Shown: positions 1 through 5,655 of the stretch, piece after piece
Numbering within the stretch: the stretch's first letter is position 1
Layout of the letters: every line of letters begins with the position of its first letter
Source of the DNA: Nanobdellota archaeon
GTDB taxonomy: Archaea; Nanobdellota; Nanobdellia; Woesearchaeales; SM23-78
Direction of reading: 5' to 3'
Length of the DNA stretch: 18,003 bases
NCBI GenBank assembly: GCA_038046485.1
Contig: JBBSWA010000019.1
Span: forward strand, 1 to 18,003
The notes under the pieces: generated by a model
The model's database searches: none
The model's input: only the letters and a program-made list of their open reading frames with translations
Told to the model about the DNA's origin: nothing
Made by a program: the position numbers and the translations under genes

Positions 1-386
1 CAGCCTAAACATCCCCCCAACCCAAAGGGTTGCCCGAATTATGCAACACAGCATTAACGAATAACCTCTAGATGATGATGCAAAATGACCGAACTCTACA
101 TTCCAAGAACAGAAAAAGAAGCACATGCAGCTTTGGCGCTAGGCTACAAACCCATTTACTGCACCTGCGTATTGTGCAAACTCATCGGAAAAAAATGGAT
201 GGTCCGAGATCATGTAAAAGAAGAACTGAACCTATTTTAAACACAATCAAGGTAGGGTTAAGTCAAGTGAAGGGTGCTTGGCAGTCTCGAACGGCTTTGC
301 GAGCAATTTGCTCTCTCGCTGCCGTTCGGTCGTATGAAACAAAGGTTTATTTTTGACACTTAACTTGACAATACCTCAAGGTAGTT

Positions 387-398
387 AACTTTATATAC
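387..398 (+). promoter_or_regulatory. Archaeal BRE/TATA-like promoter (AACTTTATATAC) for the leader micro-ORF / thrS transcript
   Basis: TTTATATA lies at 389-396. The same (A/G)A(N)(N)TTTATATA pattern recurs upstream of other first genes at 3261, 11866 and 12481. The predicted TSS of about 418-422 sits just upstream of the SD GGTGGT at 432-437. Confidence 0.5.
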
Positions 399-440
399 TT
401 CCGTCTTCTCCATAACCCCATAACAAACCCAGGTGGTCAT

Positions 441-509
441 ATGAACGCAAACCAAGAGATGAACAGTAAAACCCTTTCTTCTACTACAACCACCACTACG
501 ACCGTATAG
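441..509 (+). CDS. 22-aa leader-type micro-ORF MNANQEMNSKTLSSTTTTTTTV (7 consecutive Thr codons) upstream of thrS
   Basis: The ATG at 441 is preceded by GGTGGT (432-437) with 3-nt spacing. Codons 483-503 read ACT ACA ACC ACC ACT ACG ACC and the TAG stop is at 507-509. A 5-bp hairpin, CGACC(499-503)/GGTCG(509-513), covers the last Thr codons and the stop. Confidence 0.55.
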   Translation: MNANQEMNSKTLSSTTTTTTTV

Positions 510-526
510 GTCGCTCATTTACCCTG

Positions 527-532
527 TTTTTT
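527..532 (+). terminator. Oligo-T tract (T6) between the leader micro-ORF and thrS; candidate archaeal intrinsic terminator/attenuator
   Basis: CCCTGTTTTTTG begins 18 nt after the micro-ORF stop. Archaeal RNA polymerase terminates at T5+ runs. The function here is inferred only. Confidence 0.35.
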
Positions 533-574
533 GTCAACAATACCAAAAGATAATTAAAGAATACTCGACAAAAG

Positions 575-2506
575 GTGATGATCATGATCGAACTCACATT
601 CCCAGATGGAAACAAGAAGAAATACAAGGAAGGAATAACTCCGATTGAGATAGCAAAAGAAATCTCAAGAAGTTTAGGAGAAAAGGCCTTAGCAGCAAAG
701 CTAGGGGATAAGGTAATTGACCTTCTTTCTCCCATTAAAGAGAATGACTCATTTAAGATTTTGACTTTTGAAGATCCGGAAGGAAAGGCGGCCTTTTGGC
801 ATACCGCTGCTCATTTATTAGGGGATGCCGTCTTGCAATTATACCCCGATGCCAAACGCACCATTGGCCCGGCCATCGAAGAAGGATTCTACTACGATTT
901 TTTTAGAGAAAAGCCCTTCACCCCCGAAGAGATGGAAAAGATCGAAAAGCGCATGAAAGAAATCGCGAGTCAAGATGCCCCCCTTTTCAGAGAAGACTTC
1001 ACCGCAGCAAAAGCAAAAGAATTCTATCACGACAACCCTTTCAAGCAAGAGCTCATCGACGAATTCGCACCGCAAGGAAAAGGCTCATTGTCCTTTTACT
1101 GCCATGGAGAGTATAAAGATCTCTGTAAAGGCGGCCACGTCGCAAGTACAGGGTTACTCAAGGCAATTAAGCTCCTCAAGACCTCAGGTGCTTATTGGCG
1201 GGGCAATGCCAGTAATCCGCAATTGCAGCGCATCTATGGCATCGCCTTCCCAGCGGAAAAAGAGTTAAAAGAATACGTACAACGCCTGGAAGAAGCAGAG
1301 AAACGCAATCACGTCAAACTAGGGCAAGAACTTGACTTATTCAGTACCGAAGCAGAGATGTTAGGTGGGGGCTTAATCCTCTGGCATCCGAAAGGGGCAC
1401 TAATCCGTTACCTCGTCGAAGATTTCTGCATGAAAGAACATCTTGCAAAGGGATATGATATTGTTTCGACTCCCCACATTGGAAAAAGCACTTTGTGGAA
1501 AACATCTGGTCATCTAGACTTTTATAAGGAGTCCATGTATTCGCCGATCGACATAGAAGGACAAGAATATTATCTAAAACCTATGAATTGCCCATTTCAT
1601 ATACTGATTTATAAGAACCGATTACGCAGCTATCGTGACCTTCCTTTACGATATGCTGAGTGGGGAACTGTCTATCGCTATGAAATGAGTGGGGTCTTGA
1701 ACGGATTGCTTCGTGTACGAGGATTTACACAAGATGATGCACATCATTTTGTACAACCTGAAAAGATGCCGGAAGAAATAGATTTTGTGCTTAACTTTTG
1801 TTTAGATATCTTACGTAATTTGGGCTTAACAAACTTCCAAGCCTATCTGAGCACGCGTCCAGAAGGAAAGAAAGCAGTAGGAGATCCAAAACAGTGGGAA
1901 GAGGCACAAATAGCATTAGAAGAGGCTCTTAAACGAGCAAAGCTCCCATACCAGATAGATGCAGGAGGAGGAGCATTTTATGGACCAAAAATTGATTTAA
2001 AATTCAAAGATGCCTTGAACCGAGAATGGCAATTAAGCACGATTCAATTTGACTTCAACTTGCCGCAGCGTTTTGACATTAGCTACATTGGAGAAGACGG
2101 ACAACGGCATCAACCCTACATGGTTCATCGGGCTTTACTCGGATCTATGGAGCGCTTTTTTGGAACATTAATTGAGCATTACGCCGGCCGATTCCCTCTC
2201 TGGCTAAGTCCTGTACAAGTAAAAGTGCTCAACCTCACCGATCGCCAAATAGATTATGCCAAGAAGGTTACCGAACAAATGAAGCAAGCAGGTCTACGTG
2301 TAGAGTTAGACGACCGTTCCTTGACGTTAGGCAAAAAGATCCGCGACGCCCAATTAGAACAAGCGAATTTCATCCTGGTCGTAGGTGACAAAGAAATGCA
2401 AGAAAACACAGTCAACATTCGTACTCGAGAAGGTGGCGTGCAGGGTACGAAAGAAATCAATGTCTTCATTGCTGAACTACTCGAAGAAGTTAGAAAACGC
2501 GTTTAA
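575..2506 (+). CDS. thrS: Threonyl-tRNA synthetase, bacterial/eukaryal-type architecture (TGS domain, HxxxH editing domain, class II core, anticodon-binding domain)
   Basis: The ORF encodes 643 aa. The N-terminal TGS-like segment is ELTFPDGNKKKYKEGITP. The editing-domain motif is HTAAHLLGDAV. Class II core motifs include YLKPMNCPFH, FRYE-like YRYEMSG and RVRGFTQDDAH, and the C-terminal anticodon-binding domain is present. The true start is probably ATG 578 or 584, just after the SD GGTGAT at 574-579. Confidence 0.97.
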   Translation: MMIMIELTFPDGNKKKYKEGITPIEIAKEISRSLGEKALAAKLGDKVIDLLSPIKENDSFKILTFEDPEGKAAFWHTAAHLLGDAVLQLYPDAKRTIGPAIEEGFYYDFFREKPFTPEEMEKIEKRMKEIASQDAPLFREDFTAAKAKEFYHDNPFKQELIDEFAPQGKGSLSFYCHGEYKDLCKGGHVASTGLLKAIKLLKTSGAYWRGNASNPQLQRIYGIAFPAEKELKEYVQRLEEAEKRNHVKLGQELDLFSTEAEMLGGGLILWHPKGALIRYLVEDFCMKEHLAKGYDIVSTPHIGKSTLWKTSGHLDFYKESMYSPIDIEGQEYYLKPMNCPFHILIYKNRLRSYRDLPLRYAEWGTVYRYEMSGVLNGLLRVRGFTQDDAHHFVQPEKMPEEIDFVLNFCLDILRNLGLTNFQAYLSTRPEGKKAVGDPKQWEEAQIALEEALKRAKLPYQIDAGGGAFYGPKIDLKFKDALNREWQLSTIQFDFNLPQRFDISYIGEDGQRHQPYMVHRALLGSMERFFGTLIEHYAGRFPLWLSPVQVKVLNLTDRQIDYAKKVTEQMKQAGLRVELDDRSLTLGKKIRDAQLEQANFILVVGDKEMQENTVNIRTREGGVQGTKEINVFIAELLEEVRKRV

Positions 2507-2877
2507 CGTCGTTTTTTCTTTTTTCCAGACTTTTTAGCTTTTTTAGCTGGTTTTTTAGTCTTTTTAGAAGCTTTTTTCTTGGACTTAGATGCCTTTTTCG
2601 CTTTTTTCTTTGATTTTAGAGCTTTTTTGTGTTTTTTAGCTGGTTTCTTAACTTTAGAAGGTTTTTCGCTCTTTTCTTCCTCTTCTCCAGTCTTTTCTTC
2701 CCCAGTTTCATCTTCAGAAACCTCTTCTTTAGGTTCTTCTACAGCTTCATCATAGCCGGCCATGAAGGCTTCTTCTTGAGGAGAGATTTCGTCGTCCTTA
2801 ACCAGCTCTTCTCGGGCGTTGTCGTCGTATACTTCATCAAACTCAGGTTTGTCTTCCGACTCTTCATCGTATCCCAT
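2503..2877 (-). CDS. Bipartite-charge protein of unknown function: acidic N-terminal half plus histone-H1-like polylysine C-terminal tail (KKPAKK repeats)
   Basis: The ORF encodes 124 aa. Residues 1-70 are D/E-rich (MGYDEESEDKPEFDEVYDD...). Residues 70-124 are K/A/S-rich and end in KKKKRR. An internal DNA repeat, TTTTTTAGCTGGTTT (2539-2553 and 2632-2646), encodes KKPAKK twice. Its stop shares the palindromic TTAA with the thrS stop. Confidence 0.7.
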   Translation of the reverse strand: MGYDEESEDKPEFDEVYDDNAREELVKDDEISPQEEAFMAGYDEAVEEPKEEVSEDETGEEKTGEEEEKSEKPSKVKKPAKKHKKALKSKKKAKKASKSKKKASKKTKKPAKKAKKSGKKKKRR

Positions 2878-2902
2878 AGTTCTCCCTGGAGCGTGGTTTT
2901 AT

Positions 2903-3215
2903 TTAAAGATTTCGCTCGGATTTCGTCGTCGAGACTGAATCCTTTTTATGTTTGAGAATAACCTCTTCCTCACCGCGTTTAATGGCAAGCACGAAAAGCG
3001 CCTTGTTTTCCTTTTCGAGTTTATCAAGAACCACCGTCAAACACTTATGAATAAGTGGTTCTTGATCATTCCAGATTCCACATATGAATACGTGAGATTT
3101 AGACCGCCGTCCAGAAAATAGTGGAATCTGTTATTTCAATCTGCGCCTGTTTGCGCACGAGCTCTTCTTCCAGAATCTGAATTTTTTTCTCGTAGTCAAC
3201 TGGCAAGGGTTCCAT
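2903..3215 (-). pseudogene. Small ORF apparently interrupted by a +1 frameshift (38-aa upstream ORF 3099-3215 plus an open downstream frame 2906-3130)
   Basis: The upstream ORF MEPLPVDYEKKIQILEEELVRKQAQIEITDSTIFWTAV starts at ATG 3215, about 27 nt from a TTTAATAC TATA-like box (3239-3246, minus strand). A second frame stays open from 3130 to the stop at 2903-2905 and has no in-frame ATG: ...SGRRSKSHVFICGIWNDQEPLIHKCLTVVLDKLEKENKALFVLAIKRGEEEVILKHKKDSVSTTKSERNL. The two frames overlap at 3099-3130 around a TATTTTCTGG run. Confidence 0.3.
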
Positions 3216-3256
3216 GCCTTATTTTATAGAACAGTAGGTATTAAAGTTTTCGTGGC

Positions 3257-3270
3257 AAGGTTTATATACT
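3257..3270 (+). promoter_or_regulatory. BRE/TATA-like promoter (AAGGTTTATATACT) for the 85-aa gene / gatD operon
   Basis: TTTATATA lies at 3261-3268, inside the 5' extension of the 3252 ORF call, which argues for the ATG 3312 start. The SD-like GGGTGA is at 3302-3307. Confidence 0.5.
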
Positions 3271-3311
3271 CCTTCCTCGTCAGTATTTTCAATATTAAAA
3301 AGGGTGAGATC

Positions 3312-3569
3312 ATGAACGCATTAAAACACCACCGAATTGCAAAGAAGGCGGCCTCGTTAAGTGTGCGCGCTTTGCTGAAGATGGGCCACGTTGTAAAAAA
3401 GTTACATGAGAAGGGTTACGATGAAAGAGCAGCTAAGCTTTTATTAGCCACTTCCGAGCGCCTTATGCAGGAAGCAAGCCGTTTAGAGCGAGAAGCCAAG
3501 CGCTCAAAAGGAAGTAAGCCTAAGAAGAAAGGAAAAGTGAAGAAAAGAAGTAAGAAGAAGAGAAGATGA
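3312..3569 (+). CDS. Small helical protein with polybasic C-terminal tail, translationally coupled to gatD; function unknown
   Basis: The 85-aa product is MNALKHHRIAKKAASLSVRALLKMGHVVKKLHEKGYDERAAKLLLATSERLMQEASRLEREAKRSKGSKPKKKGKVKKRSKKKRR. Its stop TGA overlaps the gatD ATG (ATGA at 3566-3569). The ORF-track start at 3252 would include the TATA box. Confidence 0.65.
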   Translation: MNALKHHRIAKKAASLSVRALLKMGHVVKKLHEKGYDERAAKLLLATSERLMQEASRLEREAKRSKGSKPKKKGKVKKRSKKKRR

Positions 3570-4858
3570 ATGCAAAAGAGGGCGACTGTGTACGGGTCAT
3601 ATGTAAAGACGAATCCATCGAAGGAGTTTTACTGCCCTCAAAAGAAGACTTCATCACCCTTAAATTAAGTAGTGGCTATAATCTAGGAATTGAGCGTTCT
3701 CGCATCGTAAATATAGAGCTCTTACAACCCAAAACGCCTAAGCCGACTGAAAAGAAGCCCATAAAGGTTTCTCCCAATCTTCCGACGATTTCCATTCTGC
3801 ATACGGGGGGAACGATTGCATCGAAGGTAGATTATGATACGGGTAGTGCCGGGCCACATTTCACCCCAGAAGATCTATTGGAAATGTTTCCCGAACTAAG
3901 CAAGCTCGCAAATATTCGAAGCCGCTTAGTAGCAAGTATGTGGTCACAAGACATGCGTTTTTCGCATTACAATTTCTTAGCTAAAGAAGTAGAGAGGGAA
4001 ATCGCGCAAGGAGCAGATGGGATCATAATCCCACAAGGGACAGATTATATCCACTACACAGCTGCCGCACTAAGCTTCATTTTTGAATCGCTTCCCATAC
4101 CGATCTTGATCGTGGGAGCGCAACGCTCCTCGGACAGGGGGGGCAGCGATGCGGCGCTGAACTTACTAAGTGCCATCTATTTCATGACAAAAACAGATTT
4201 CGCTGAAGTGGGCGTGTGCATGCATGCGCATATGAGCGATAGTGAGTGTTGGATTTTGCCAGGAACGAAATGCCGAAAAATGCACACTTCACGCCGGGAC
4301 GCATTTCGACCAATAAATGAGCAAGCATGGGCGTACGTTAATTTCTTAGAAGAAAACATTACTTGGGTTCGTAAAGAATATAAGAAGAAAGAGAAGAAGA
4401 AGCCCGTATTGAAGTTGTTTAAGGACAATATCAAGGTGGGCTTGTTAAAGACGCATCCGAACATGTTTGCAGAAGAATTCTCGTTCTTTGAAGATTATGA
4501 TGGTCTTGTGCTAGAAGCTTCAGGTTTAGGGTGTTTACCGATTACAGAAAAAGATGAAATGACACGAGAATCAGGGCGGATCAAACATAGTTTGTCTACA
4601 TTACTAAAAAAGGGGATCGCGATCGTCGAAGCTCCACAAACACTATACGGCCGCATAAACATGAATGTATACGACGATCAGCGGATCGCGCAAGAAATGG
4701 GTATTCTAGGTCATCTATGTGACATGACTCCAGAAACCGCCTTCATCAAATTGGCCTGGCTACTCAGCAATTATAAGAAGGATAAAATAAAAGAGTTGTA
4801 CGAGAAAAACCTACGCGGAGAGATATCAGATCGTTCGACAGATTATTTCTTGGTATAG
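3566..4858 (+). CDS. gatD: Glutamyl-tRNA(Gln) amidotransferase subunit D (asparaginase-like)
   Basis: The ORF encodes 430 aa. An N-terminal small beta domain is followed by the type-I asparaginase signature ILHTGGTIAS and the motif GIIIPQGTD. Both size and layout are typical of archaeal GatD, and gatE lies nearby. Confidence 0.95.
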   Translation: MNAKEGDCVRVICKDESIEGVLLPSKEDFITLKLSSGYNLGIERSRIVNIELLQPKTPKPTEKKPIKVSPNLPTISILHTGGTIASKVDYDTGSAGPHFTPEDLLEMFPELSKLANIRSRLVASMWSQDMRFSHYNFLAKEVEREIAQGADGIIIPQGTDYIHYTAAALSFIFESLPIPILIVGAQRSSDRGGSDAALNLLSAIYFMTKTDFAEVGVCMHAHMSDSECWILPGTKCRKMHTSRRDAFRPINEQAWAYVNFLEENITWVRKEYKKKEKKKPVLKLFKDNIKVGLLKTHPNMFAEEFSFFEDYDGLVLEASGLGCLPITEKDEMTRESGRIKHSLSTLLKKGIAIVEAPQTLYGRINMNVYDDQRIAQEMGILGHLCDMTPETAFIKLAWLLSNYKKDKIKELYEKNLRGEISDRSTDYFLV

Positions 4859-4859
4859 C

Positions 4860-5582
4860 TCAACGAGGAGGAAAGGTCATAGACAAGCCATTTGGGAGCA
4901 GTTCTCCATTAAGGCCTTTTACATTCTGACCAAGAACTTCATAGCCAGAACGAAGAGCGTCGTCTTCAGAAGGATACACATCACAGGAGGGGAAATAAAC
5001 CGTAAGGAAGGTTTCTTTGGACAGTTTGTAAGAGAAGCCTGTTAAAACGACTTGTGGATGGCATTCATAGCGAGGGCGGGTTAAGGAAAAAATAACAGCC
5101 TCGTCTAAGACGATAAGTCTAGGTAATGGATCGGTAACAGTGCAAGCATATTTTTGTGGGATCATGGAACAAGCAACTTCAGAAAGAGAAGGCAGTCCAA
5201 GTGTTTCAGCGCGTTGATAAAGCGCAAGGAAGTTTTGGCGGGTGTTTTCATAATCTTCTGCATAAGGGAGTACCGCGGCTGCTCCATTGAAAGTGAGATG
5301 AAAATCACAGGCAGCAGGAGTGCAAGAGATCATTGCGCGAACTTTGTCCGGGTGTTGCGTTCCATAATGAAAGAGGGGGGTAATAACATTTTGAAATTGG
5401 TACGTTAAATCATTCAATGAGGTTTTTAGGCTGGTTCGAAGTTCTTGGAGTTCAAGAGGCCGATCAACTGAAGTAGAGGATGCCTGAGCAGACGCCGAAG
5501 AAGGGGATATGGGAGCAGGAAGTTGCAGAGGGGTATGGGTAAGAGAAAGGGCAGCAACCAATACGGCTAGACTATTTCGCAT
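4860..5582 (-). CDS. Predicted secreted Cys-containing protein, unknown function
   Basis: The likely start is MRNSLAVLVAALSL... at 5582, which lies about 27 nt from a TTTAAAAT TATA box on the minus strand. There is a signal-peptide-like N-terminus with an AQA motif and a P/S-rich linker. The mature part contains 7 Cys, and no family was recognised. Use of G/C-ending codons looks higher than in the neighbouring genes. Confidence 0.7.
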   Translation of the reverse strand: MRNSLAVLVAALSLTHTPLQLPAPISPSSASAQASSTSVDRPLELQELRTSLKTSLNDLTYQFQNVITPLFHYGTQHPDKVRAMISCTPAACDFHLTFNGAAAVLPYAEDYENTRQNFLALYQRAETLGLPSLSEVACSMIPQKYACTVTDPLPRLIVLDEAVIFSLTRPRYECHPQVVLTGFSYKLSKETFLTVYFPSCDVYPSEDDALRSGYEVLGQNVKGLNGELLPNGLSMTFPPR

Positions 5583-5603
5583 GGTCTTAGGAGAGGGGGT
5601 GTG

Positions 5604-5634
5604 CATTTTAAACCTTGGGGATAAGTATAAAAAG
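5604..5634. promoter_or_regulatory. Back-to-back TATA boxes for the divergent secreted-protein gene (minus) and gatE (plus)
   Basis: The minus-strand AAGGTTTAAAATG (5604-5616) is centred about 27 nt from ATG 5582. The plus-strand GTATAAAAA (5625-5633) is centred about 27 nt from ATG 5656. Both spacings fit leaderless transcripts. Confidence 0.45.
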
Positions 5635-5655
5635 GGCAAAAAACTAGGGAAGGAT

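Noticed and set aside
13-25. 13-nt exact repeat CCCCCCAACCCAA shared with 9436-9448
   Set aside because: A few 13-mer matches are expected by chance in an 18-kb window when both strands are considered. The flanks do not align and the reading frames differ.
70-112. Possible C/D-box sRNA (GATGATGATG resembles a C box)
   Set aside because: No properly spaced CUGA D/D' boxes or a second C' box are present, and no terminal stem could be drawn.
72-356. 94-aa plus-strand ORF (MMMQNDRTLHSKNRKRSTCSFG...)
   Set aside because: It has no TATA box or SD in front and an R/K/C/H-rich composition unlike all other proteins here. It also spans strongly self-complementary sequence, so it is more likely non-coding.
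521-530. Shared 10-mer ACCCTGTTTT after the leader micro-ORF and after the HAD gene (17864-17873) as a possible terminator motif
   Set aside because: Hundreds of 10-mer coincidences are expected in a window this size. Only the T-runs themselves are considered potentially meaningful.
2510-2650. Tandem-repeat-like T-rich DNA, considered as a possible non-coding repeat or CRISPR-like array
   Set aside because: It is the antisense of a continuous lysine-rich coding region (AAG/AAA codons). There is no repeat-spacer periodicity.
5509-5655. N-terminal extension of the gatE ORF (MGAGSCRGVWVRERAATN...)
   Set aside because: It overlaps the divergent secreted-protein gene and both TATA boxes. The conserved GatE N-terminus starts at ATG 5656.
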